A model generated the notes under the pieces. The model had not been told where the DNA came from. It searched no databases and was given only the letters and a program-made list of their open reading frames with translations. From an uncultured Pirellulaceae bacterium (GTDB lineage Bacteria > Planctomycetota > Planctomycetia > Pirellulales > Pirellulaceae): DNA of 64,000 nucleotides. Every line of letters begins with the position of its first letter. Positions within the stretch are counted from its first letter, which is position 1. The stretch is from the NCBI GenBank assembly GCA_964588195.1, contig CAZPOL010000008.1, forward strand, positions 9,801 to 73,800, in the 5' to 3' direction. Shown piece by piece: positions 18,720 through 27,962 of this stretch. The translations under genes and the position numbers were made by a program.

Positions 18720-21229
18720 TGATGGAGTTGATTTCCCCGAGTTCATTATGGTGGCTTTGCCTGGTACTGTTGCTGGGTGTTGGCTGGCGGTTCAGCCTGG
18801 TCGATGCACCAGTCCGTAAACGGCTGGCTTCCTTTATTTGCCGAGTCATGGCCGTCGTTCTGTTGGTCCTGGCGATCTGCCGTCCGTTTACTTTTTCTAC
18901 CAGCGACAACTTGCACGTCATTTTTTTGGTTGATGCTTCGCAGTCGATTGACGTCGACGCTAGTGTCACGGCCACGCAAGAGATTCAGTCGATCATTGAA
19001 ACACTGCGTGCGGGTGACAGTTGGTCGTTGTTTGCGGTGGGCAATGAACCAAAACAATTTCAATCTGCGAAAGAGCTTGGCCAATGTATCGAATCCTGGA
19101 AAACGGCTGGCTCAGATGATGCGTTCCGTGCTGAGACTCGCATCTCCGAGGCGTTGTTAAAGACGCGGCTGGCGTTTCCGGCTGGCAAAGTTAAACGCGT
19201 CGTGTTGTACAGCGATGGTCAGGAGACGGAGGGCTTTTTAGGCGAGGCATTGCGGCAGCTTGCAGATGAGAACGTCGATGTTCGGTTCAACAGGATTGAA
19301 AGGCTGGCCGAGCCCGAAGCGGCCGTCGTGTCGCTGAAACCTTCGTCGACTCGCGCCTATCTGGGCGAGGTGGTCAGGATGAACGTCACTTTGTCCAGCA
19401 ACCAGACGATCGAAGGCGACTTGCGAATTATTCACAAGGGAGTCGCTGTCCAGCAGCAGCCGGTCAGGCTGGTTCCGGATCAACTGAATCGGTTTTACTT
19501 CGATATCGATATGTTTACGCCGGGCGACAGCAAGTGGACGGCTGAGTTGGTTCCAAAGCAGGACTATTTCCCGGTGAACAACCAGCGAACCTGCACGATT
19601 ACGGTTCGTGGCAAGCCAAGGATCCTGGTGCTGCACGAAGATGAAAAAGAGATGCGGGCTTTCGAACGAGCGATGTCCAAACAGGACGTGTCGATCGAGC
19701 TGCGAGGCAAATTCGGAATGCCAGATTCGATTCAGGGCATGATGGCCTTCGACGCAATTGTGTTGGCTGACTTTCCCGCGACGTCGATGACGCCACGGCA
19801 GATGAACTTGCTGAATCGATACGTGATTGATTTCGGCGGCGGATTGGCAATGCTGGGTTCGGAAAACAGTTTTGGACTGGGTGGTTATCACCGGACACCG
19901 GTAGAGGAAGTCTTGCCGCTGGTTTCTCGTTTCGAAAAAGAAAAAGAGAAGCCGTCGCTGGCGATGGTCCTGGTGATCGACAAATCGGGATCGATGCAAG
20001 GTGTTCCGATGGCACTGGCACGGCAAGCGGCCAAGGCAGCGGTTGAGTTGTTGGGACAACGCGATCAAGTCGGCGTGGTCGGGTTTGATGGTGAGCCGTA
20101 TGTGGTCAGTGACATTCGCAGCGCGGCCAACAAGGAATCGATCGGAGCTGAAATTGATTCTTTACAGGCGGGTGGCGGTACCAACATGTATCCGGCCATG
20201 GTCGTGGGCAAAGAGATGCTGGAAAACGCGCCGGCCAAGATCCGACATATGATCTGCTTGAGCGATGGGCAGACGCAAGAGGCTGATCACGCCTCGCTGG
20301 TCCAGGCAATGACGGATAGTGGCATTACGGTTTCAACGGTAGCCTTGGGCGAAGCTGATCGCCAATTGATGGCGTCCATCGCCGAGATTGGACGCGGTAG
20401 ATATTACGAAACGAATGATCCGGCCAACGTGCCACAGATCTTCACCAAGGAAACGATGCAGGCCTCGAAGTCTGCCATCAAGGAAGATTTGTTTGGCACA
20501 GTGCAAACCGGCGACCACCGGGCTCTGGCAGGATTTACGGAAGCGGACTTGCCGTTTTCGCTTGGCTACGTAATGACTCAACAGAAACCCGCTTCGCAAG
20601 TCTTGTTGGTTGCCGAGACCGGTGATCCGCTGTTGGCTGTGTCACGGTTTGGCCTGGGCAATGGCTTGGCGTTCACCAGTGACATGACCGAGCGTTGGGG
20701 CGGTGAGTGGTTGGCGTGGAGCGACTTTGGAAAGTTCTGGGGGCAGATATTTCGGACCATCGCTCGCAACAACGATGACGAGGGCATTCAGGTTTCACAG
20801 CAAGTCGTCAACGGACAATGGCAACTGGACATCAAACGCACCGATTCGTCCGGGCAACCACAATCCAAAGTTCAGTGGGAATTATCCGCATTGGATTCGC
20901 AAGGCAAGATGCAGGATATCCCGGTGCAGGAATCGGGGCTCGGGAAATATCGCGCTGCGGTGCCGGTAGGAACGAAGTCAAACCTGACGTTGCGATTGCG
21001 TGATCCTGTTAGCGACAAGACCAAGGTGTTGCATTACGACAAGCCTTACCCGGTTGAATACGGATTGTCCAACCAGCTGCCTGACGAGGTGAAGAGGTTG
21101 TCGTCGTTGACGGTCTCTGATATTCACCAAGGCCTGACTCCACAACCGACACGTTTGTCGGTGGTTCACTGGTTCTATTTCGCGGCCATGGTGTTTCTGT
21201 TGATCGGCAACTTGATTCGCCGGCTGTAA
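18719..21229 (+). CDS. large VWA-domain membrane protein (BatB-like; two VWA-like modules)
   Basis: The ATG at 18719 shares one base with the upstream TGA (18717-18719). N-terminal TMs. DxSxS motifs at VIFLVDASQSID and VLVIDKSGSMQG. VWA signatures GGGTNMYPA and CLSDGQT. C-terminal TM. The longest ORF extends to 18647 but would overlap the upstream gene. Confidence 0.85.
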   Translation: MMELISPSSLWWLCLVLLLGVGWRFSLVDAPVRKRLASFICRVMAVVLLVLAICRPFTFSTSDNLHVIFLVDASQSIDVDASVTATQEIQSIIETLRAGDSWSLFAVGNEPKQFQSAKELGQCIESWKTAGSDDAFRAETRISEALLKTRLAFPAGKVKRVVLYSDGQETEGFLGEALRQLADENVDVRFNRIERLAEPEAAVVSLKPSSTRAYLGEVVRMNVTLSSNQTIEGDLRIIHKGVAVQQQPVRLVPDQLNRFYFDIDMFTPGDSKWTAELVPKQDYFPVNNQRTCTITVRGKPRILVLHEDEKEMRAFERAMSKQDVSIELRGKFGMPDSIQGMMAFDAIVLADFPATSMTPRQMNLLNRYVIDFGGGLAMLGSENSFGLGGYHRTPVEEVLPLVSRFEKEKEKPSLAMVLVIDKSGSMQGVPMALARQAAKAAVELLGQRDQVGVVGFDGEPYVVSDIRSAANKESIGAEIDSLQAGGGTNMYPAMVVGKEMLENAPAKIRHMICLSDGQTQEADHASLVQAMTDSGITVSTVALGEADRQLMASIAEIGRGRYYETNDPANVPQIFTKETMQASKSAIKEDLFGTVQTGDHRALAGFTEADLPFSLGYVMTQQKPASQVLLVAETGDPLLAVSRFGLGNGLAFTSDMTERWGGEWLAWSDFGKFWGQIFRTIARNNDDEGIQVSQQVVNGQWQLDIKRTDSSGQPQSKVQWELSALDSQGKMQDIPVQESGLGKYRAAVPVGTKSNLTLRLRDPVSDKTKVLHYDKPYPVEYGLSNQLPDEVKRLSSLTVSDIHQGLTPQPTRLSVVHWFYFAAMVFLLIGNLIRRL

Positions 21230-21280
21230 AGCGACAACATGGATTAGATTGCTAACTGGTCAGATCCAGTTTCAAATCCG

Positions 21281-21568
21281 CTACCAGATAAAAAAGCCCC
21301 ATCCGAACAAGTAGCTGGCCAGGTTGATTCCGACCAACGCACCAATCCAGATCAACCAACCGTAATCACCGCTCTCTTGGCGTGGTTGCTGCATCTGTTG
21401 TTGGATCGAAGCAACGAATCCGTACGCGTCGTCCTTCTCCCACCCATTGTCGATGAGTTGCTGAGCAATCGAATCAGGATCTTCACCTTTTTGCAGGTTC
21501 TCGGCGACCAACATGACCAAGCCTTGAATCTCTGCCTGGTCCTGGCCGGGAGGAGGATCTTTTGACAT
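21281..21568 (-). CDS. small tail-anchored membrane protein, unknown function
   Basis: An ATG at 21568 is preceded by ggaaggaaacacc (SD-like). Acidic soluble head and a C-terminal hydrophobic segment WLIWIGALVGINLASYLFGWGFFIW. No family recognised. Confidence 0.5.
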   Translation of the reverse strand: MSKDPPPGQDQAEIQGLVMLVAENLQKGEDPDSIAQQLIDNGWEKDDAYGFVASIQQQMQQPRQESGDYGWLIWIGALVGINLASYLFGWGFFIW

Positions 21569-22231
21569 GGTGTTTCCTTCCTTTTCGAGCATGGCGATTG
21601 CGCATTGAATCGCGATCAAAGTCAGCCCATCGCGTCCAGCTGGGTTTATGCAGAAATGGGTTAAGGCGTTGTTCTCAGATTAAGGGATTGCGAGTCGAAT
21701 TGCAGCAGGGTATCGGTCGAAACGAGCCCGTCTTGCCGGAGTGTTTCATTGGTGAGTTTGGCTGACGAGCTGGGGAATGGTCTCCAGATTTCGCCGCAAG
21801 ATTAGGGGGAGCGGTTGAAAAACCCTGGATGCTGCCCAAACGCCCTATTCTGAAGCGACGGCAGGATTATTCCAGAATTTATTCTTGGGCAAGAGGATTC
21901 CGTTCAAAAAGTCTTTCAGCGTGACGGAAACACTGCCACGGCTGGGTGAAGCCTGTTTTTTCCGGTAATTCCAGGTGTTTCGATAATCCGGCCAGCAGAT
22001 CTGCCCTAAATGGCAAAAAGGGCATCACAATTTCAGGCCATATGATCCTTAAATTATGACAAAGCGAGCCCAAAAAGACGCGTACGTTTGTGTTTTTTGA
22101 CCGCTCCAAATAGTATTAAAGGTTTGAAAACGGACAAAAACCGGGTCGACACTAATCGATAATTTTTCCTTATTCGATCCAAGCCCGCCTTTTTATCAAT
22201 CCAGTCTTATATCGCCCTCAGGAGTTTCGCC

Positions 22232-25200
22232 ATGATTCGTCGTTGGTTTAGTTCAAAAGCGGACACTAGTGTTCGAAGTAGCCAGTTCAAGGCGTCGAGC
22301 AAGAATAGTTTCGGCCAATTTGAACAGCTGGAAGACAAGCGATGCTTGGCATTCGTGGGCTTTTTTGACGGGGTTACGTTAACTCTCGAACAGACAGTTG
22401 ATGACGGCGATGTGGTCGTAGACAACTCTGGAATCGGTGGGGCGTGGCGAGTCACGGATAACGCTGCGACGTTGTCGTTCGTGGCTGCCGAAAATGTAGT
22501 GATTGAATTGTTGGATGACACAGCTAACCAGATCGACTTGCAAATCAACAGCTTCCATAACGGAAGCGCGACGATTGATGCCGGTCATGGACCGCGTGAC
22601 ATTATCTTCAGTGGTGTTGGATTCCCTGGAAGTGCAAACTCGTTGTCTGGCGATATCAACGTATTTGCGGGCGATAGTGTTCAGAACATCTTGTGGACAC
22701 CGAACATTCTGGCTCCGGTCAATATCGGAGGCAACTTTACGGTCGATACCGGTACTGGATTCGACACAATCTTTAACAGCGAGAATTTTGCCACAGTCGG
22801 CGGTGATGTCGATTTGCTTGGCGTCAACAACTTTATCTTTACGGATTTCCTGTTCCCGGTTCCGCTGGATGCCTACCTGACAGTTGGTGGGAATTTCACA
22901 ATGGATACCAGTAACGAAAGTGTTGAGTCCTTCTTCCTGGACGATGGAACGTTCCTGAATGCGGATCCATTGATGGAAGAGCGGACCGTAATTGGTGGAG
23001 ACTTTACTTATATCGGTGGCGACGATATCGACCATGTGGACTTGAACAATATTTTCATTCAGGGAAATCTGAATGTCGATCTTGGCGAAGGGATTCCATT
23101 CTTTGGTGATCCTCAAAACTTGACGACCACCATTGTGGCGCCACGATTCCTGGGCGGCCCATTCTTTGAACTGGATGGCGACGCAGCCATCGCAGCCGGT
23201 GATGCAACGCTAGGCAATGAGATCACTCTGGATGGCTACCATGATGGAAACCTGGCAACTTTTGACCTGGGTGGTTTGGAAGACGAAGTTATCTATTCCT
23301 GGATTGGTAACCAGGTCGACGTGATCGCAGACCTGGGCAGCGGGGACGATACCTTTGTCCTTAACCAGCCCATCAACTCCTTGATCATCGATTTTGGTAA
23401 CGATCCAGGGGATCAGTTTATCAATAACGTCGGCAAGTTTACGTTTGATGCCGACCTGCTGAATTACCACTTCTTCGATCATGAGTTCACGGTTGGCGAT
23501 GACACGCTGGAACTGACTCAGTTGATCGACACTGGTGACGTTACTATCGACAATACCGGCGGCATTACTGGCGTCGCCTGGCGAGTTTCAACTCCGCTGG
23601 GGGATGTCGAGGCAGAATCGACTCCGGCCAACAACCTGATCCTGAACATGCTGGACAACACCGGCAACAATGTGATCCTGGATTTGGCCAATCCGGTTCT
23701 GGCATTCCTGACATTGAATCTGGGCGATGGAGATCGCAACGTCGATTTCATTGGTGCCTCGAACAACCCGTTGCGTGACATTAGTATTTTTGCCGACGCG
23801 GGTGACCAGAATGTTGAGTTGTCGGTAAATGCTGCTTTGGCGGTTGCCACACTGAATATCGATCTTGGCTCTGGATTTGATACCGTCGATGACGATGCTA
23901 ACAACCTGAGTTTGTCAGAAGATTTGATCTTCAGTGGCGTCAACAGCTTCGAGAACGATGGGATATTGTCAGTTGGACGTAACGCCTTTATTGATACGAC
24001 TGACGATTCGACCGAGAGTGTCTTCGCGAATAATTCTTCGCTGATCGTCGCCGGGACGTTCACCTACACGGGTGGAACCGGGCGAGACGAATTGCGTTTG
24101 AATGGCGATTCCGGTAACAGTATCGGATCAACCACGACCGTCGACCTGGGTGACAATGTTGCCGGTGGAACTCAGTCGTTCCTGATCAATGCACCGTCGA
24201 CATTCGTTGGTGGTGCGTTGACGGTTTTGTCATCCAACGCAGACAGTGATGACGTGTTCGATCTGGGTCTGACTGGAACAGCCAGTGTCGTCGGTGACAT
24301 CGCGGTCGATTTGGGCAATGGCAACAACACAGCACATATCACTGGTGTCTTTGGCGGATCCGATATCACTTACGTCGGTGGCGACCAGGTGGATACGGTT
24401 GTGTTTGGAACGACAGGCAACCCGGCTAATTTCAATGCTGACCTTGGGCAGGGTGATGATTTCTTCACGTTGCTGGCCGGCGCGTCGATCGCTTCTCCTT
24501 TCGTCGTAAACTTTGGTGGTAACGCCGACACGTTTATCAATCAGTTCGGGCCTTTCACATTCGACGCCGAGTTGTTGGGGCTGAATGGTTTCAACCACCT
24601 CTTCGACTTGACGGATGCCCAGTTGACATCGATTCAGATTGCCGACCAGGGCGATGTCATCGTTGACAACAACGGCACTTTGGGTGCTATTCGATTTACA
24701 ACCGCAGGTAGCACCAGCGAGATCGCTCCTGTTACCAACATCCAAATTGATTTGCTGGGTGCCACGGGCAACAACCTGGATATCGATTGGGACAACGCCT
24801 ACCTTGGCGACCTGGAAATTAATCTTGGCAGCGGACCTCGTGTCGTCAGCTTTACTGGTGACGACAATTCAACCGCTGGATCGTTGGCAATAAACGCTGG
24901 TTCAGGCGACCAGATCGTCAATCTGGCAACCACCAATGCATTCAGTGTCGGCGGTGAAGTTTCGATTGACCTTGGTGCTGGTGCCGATGAGTTTACCGAC
25001 AGTGGAAACGATGTCAGCGTTGGCGGTGATTTTACCGCGACCGGTGTCAACACTTACATTAATAACTCGGTGCTGACCGTTGGCGGCAGCTTGCTAATCA
25101 ACAACGGTGTTGATGTTGAGCCCTCGCTGTTCCAGGACGCTGGAGAACTGGACGTTGCCGGTAACTTTGACTTCATCGGTAACGCAGCTAACGACACTGT

Positions 25201-27568
25201 ATTGTTTACCAGCGGTGGCGACGGTGCTGCGATCGGTGGCAACATTAACCTGAGCCTTGGTGGTGGTGACAACACGGCATTGCTGCACAGCAGTTCGGTC
25301 AACGGCACGAATGTAGATTACTCGGGTGGTGATGGAATCGATGTGTTTGAGTTCGGTCTAACCGGGTCGCCAGTCGATATATTTGCCAGTTTGGGTGCCG
25401 GCGATGACACGTTCGAGCTGCAAGCCGGCGTTTCCATTAATAGCTTGTTCGTAAACTTTGGAACGGGCGACGATACCTTTATCAACAACTCTGGACCATT
25501 GTCGTTCCCGACAACATTGCTGGGGCTGGGCGCCTTTAATCACACATTCGACCCAGTCGAAGGCACACTGACATCTGAGCAAGTCGCAGTCACTGGTCCA
25601 GTCGTCTTTGACAACAATGGTGCGGGCGGTGCGATTCAGTTGTTCGCCGATGGTGACACGACCGTGTTGGGACCTGCGACCAATTTGAATATTACCTTGC
25701 TGGATAACTCCGGCGACGAACTGACGGTTGATTTCGATTCGCCTCTGGCCGGTAACTTGTCAATCGCGTTGGGCGAAGGCGGTCGTTCGCTAAGCCTGAC
25801 CGGCGACAATAATTCGATCGGTGGTGCATTGACGGTGACTGCGGGTACCGGAATCCAGTTGGTCGATGCGGCACCAAATAACGCTCTGACTGTGGGTGCC
25901 GGGCTGGATATCAATTTGGGAACCGGTCCTGACGTCTTCAACACCGACGGAAATGCCTTGACGGTGAACGGCAACGCCACCTTCACTAATGTCAATCAAA
26001 TCGTAAACGATGGCACGATTAACATTGGTGGTAATCTGACGGTAGACAATTCGGTCGAGTTCAATGATTCAAGACTGATTGACAATGCCTTGCTGCAAGT
26101 CGCTGGCGACCTGGACTTCTTTGGTGGAACCGGCGATGACATTGTGATTCTGAACGATTCGTCCTCGGTTGGTGGTAACATCGATATTCGTGCCGCCCAA
26201 GGTGACAACGAAGCGATCATTCGCGGCGAATTTGGTGGTGACAGTATCCGTTACGGAGGTGGTGCAGGTGTCGATACAGTGACTCTGGACACGACCGGAG
26301 GATCGGCAGTGAACGTTAACGTCCGTTTGGGTGCTGGCGATGACGAATTCACTCTGGAACCGGAACAGGATCTGAGTTTGTTGCGAGTTGATTTTGGTGG
26401 CGGTAACGACGTCTTCGACAACAACTTTGGCGACTTCGAATTCAATGCCACCCTGTTGGACCTTGATGGCTTTGACGCGTTCTATATTGATGCCACTGGA
26501 AACCTGGACCTGATTCAAACGTCAGATGCAGGTGACCTGACCGTGGATGACAATGGTTCAGGTGGTGCCCTTCGCTTTGGAACATTGGGTGAATTGAACG
26601 AGTTGACTCCGGTCAACAATCTGCGAGTCGTGTTGGAGGATAATTCATCTGGTGACGTGACCGTTGACTTCGATTCCGTTCGCAACGGCAGCACCGTGAT
26701 TAACCTGCGAAGTGCTGATCGCGATATCGACTTCACTGGTACCAGCAATACCTTTAACGGATTGTTGCGAATCGAAGCGGCTGACGGAGTTCAAAATGTG
26801 AACCTTGCTGAGGCTTCGCCTTTGACCGTGACCGGCTCGCTGATCGTTAATACTCGCGATGGAGGTGACACCGTCACTGCCAATGGAGCGATCACGGTTT
26901 CGAATGCCTTCTTGTTACGAGGCGTGAATACTTTCGTTAACAACCTCGGCGTAAACGTCGGTGGTGATCTGAACGTGATCACGGTACTGGAAGACCAGGA
27001 TACACGCTTGATCAGTAACACTTCATTCTCGGTCGGTGGCAACCTGACTTACATCGGTGGTGGCGGAGTTGATCAAGTCAACTTCAATGACGCCGGTGCG
27101 AATATCGGTGGATTCACTTACATCGACATTGCCAATTCGTCAGACGATGTCACTCGACAGAATGTCCGACTGACTGGTGGATTCTCAACGAATTCCTTGT
27201 TCGTCGTCGGTGGAACGGGTGGTTCGGTAGGTAACTTCGTGACCATGGACGCCAACACTTTCGTTGACGGTGGACTGGTCGTTGTGAACTTTGCGAACAG
27301 CACGACAACGAACACGGTTGAATTCCGAGGCGACTACACCGGAACTTACGGAACGTATCGTGGTGGATCGGCCAGCGATTTCATCGTGCTGGCGGCTGAC
27401 GCCCCAATCGCTGAATTCGCTGTGCTAAGTGGGGCCGGCAATGACGTTCTGGTTGTGGAAACAACGACCGACGTTGACTTCCTGTTTGGCGATTTGGGTG
27501 AAGGCGAAGATTCACTGGACAACCAGTTCGGCACCTTCCCGTTCGACAACAACATTTTTAATCTGTAA
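22232..27568 (+). CDS. giant (1,778 aa) modular D/G/N/T-rich repeat protein, probably extracellular and Ca-binding, beta-helix-like
   Basis: AGGAG lies 8 nt upstream of the ATG. There are five modules, each ending in GxG(D/N)D...F(I/D)N(N/Q)xGxFxF(D/N) with motif F/L at aa 396, 768, 1083, 1395 and 1762. The only Cys is in the N-terminal motif FEQLEDKRCLAF. Many (V/I)GG(D/N/S)(F/L/I) strand-like repeats. Confidence 0.85.
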   Translation: MIRRWFSSKADTSVRSSQFKASSKNSFGQFEQLEDKRCLAFVGFFDGVTLTLEQTVDDGDVVVDNSGIGGAWRVTDNAATLSFVAAENVVIELLDDTANQIDLQINSFHNGSATIDAGHGPRDIIFSGVGFPGSANSLSGDINVFAGDSVQNILWTPNILAPVNIGGNFTVDTGTGFDTIFNSENFATVGGDVDLLGVNNFIFTDFLFPVPLDAYLTVGGNFTMDTSNESVESFFLDDGTFLNADPLMEERTVIGGDFTYIGGDDIDHVDLNNIFIQGNLNVDLGEGIPFFGDPQNLTTTIVAPRFLGGPFFELDGDAAIAAGDATLGNEITLDGYHDGNLATFDLGGLEDEVIYSWIGNQVDVIADLGSGDDTFVLNQPINSLIIDFGNDPGDQFINNVGKFTFDADLLNYHFFDHEFTVGDDTLELTQLIDTGDVTIDNTGGITGVAWRVSTPLGDVEAESTPANNLILNMLDNTGNNVILDLANPVLAFLTLNLGDGDRNVDFIGASNNPLRDISIFADAGDQNVELSVNAALAVATLNIDLGSGFDTVDDDANNLSLSEDLIFSGVNSFENDGILSVGRNAFIDTTDDSTESVFANNSSLIVAGTFTYTGGTGRDELRLNGDSGNSIGSTTTVDLGDNVAGGTQSFLINAPSTFVGGALTVLSSNADSDDVFDLGLTGTASVVGDIAVDLGNGNNTAHITGVFGGSDITYVGGDQVDTVVFGTTGNPANFNADLGQGDDFFTLLAGASIASPFVVNFGGNADTFINQFGPFTFDAELLGLNGFNHLFDLTDAQLTSIQIADQGDVIVDNNGTLGAIRFTTAGSTSEIAPVTNIQIDLLGATGNNLDIDWDNAYLGDLEINLGSGPRVVSFTGDDNSTAGSLAINAGSGDQIVNLATTNAFSVGGEVSIDLGAGADEFTDSGNDVSVGGDFTATGVNTYINNSVLTVGGSLLINNGVDVEPSLFQDAGELDVAGNFDFIGNAANDTVLFTSGGDGAAIGGNINLSLGGGDNTALLHSSSVNGTNVDYSGGDGIDVFEFGLTGSPVDIFASLGAGDDTFELQAGVSINSLFVNFGTGDDTFINNSGPLSFPTTLLGLGAFNHTFDPVEGTLTSEQVAVTGPVVFDNNGAGGAIQLFADGDTTVLGPATNLNITLLDNSGDELTVDFDSPLAGNLSIALGEGGRSLSLTGDNNSIGGALTVTAGTGIQLVDAAPNNALTVGAGLDINLGTGPDVFNTDGNALTVNGNATFTNVNQIVNDGTINIGGNLTVDNSVEFNDSRLIDNALLQVAGDLDFFGGTGDDIVILNDSSSVGGNIDIRAAQGDNEAIIRGEFGGDSIRYGGGAGVDTVTLDTTGGSAVNVNVRLGAGDDEFTLEPEQDLSLLRVDFGGGNDVFDNNFGDFEFNATLLDLDGFDAFYIDATGNLDLIQTSDAGDLTVDDNGSGGALRFGTLGELNELTPVNNLRVVLEDNSSGDVTVDFDSVRNGSTVINLRSADRDIDFTGTSNTFNGLLRIEAADGVQNVNLAEASPLTVTGSLIVNTRDGGDTVTANGAITVSNAFLLRGVNTFVNNLGVNVGGDLNVITVLEDQDTRLISNTSFSVGGNLTYIGGGGVDQVNFNDAGANIGGFTYIDIANSSDDVTRQNVRLTGGFSTNSLFVVGGTGGSVGNFVTMDANTFVDGGLVVVNFANSTTTNTVEFRGDYTGTYGTYRGGSASDFIVLAADAPIAEFAVLSGAGNDVLVVETTTDVDFLFGDLGEGEDSLDNQFGTFPFDNNIFNL

Positions 27569-27598
27569 ACCAGACGAAGTTGAATTGAATAAAATTCC

Positions 27599-27633
27599 GA
27601 GCACGCGTTTCTTGACGCGTGCTCTTTTTATTT
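27599..27633 (+). terminator. rho-independent terminator after the modular giant gene
   Basis: gagcacgcgt-ttcttg-acgcgtgctc is a perfect 10-bp stem, followed by tttttattt. It lies 31 nt after the stop codon. Confidence 0.75.
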
Positions 27634-27962
27634 GATGGTTCAGGGTAAACCCTCCCGCCAGAAGTTCTTATGCGCGGCAAGGTGCTCGCTAGCGTTGCTT
27701 TTGTTGATTGCCAAATCCGCGTTCTCTAAAGTGAGTCTACTATAAGCGGGCAACACCAATGATTGAGCAGGCTTGAGTCATATATGGTTTGCCCTTCGTG
27801 CTTCTATTGGATCGCCACCAATAGGTGGTTCTGAGTCGGTAGCTTTGTGGGATTAGTTGGGCTCATGTTTCTGCGACCGGAAGAAAATTCTGAAAAGAAC
27901 TCAGGCTGTTTAGGCCCATGTTTCGATGAAGAAAAATACCTTTCCTTATCCAGGTTCTTATC

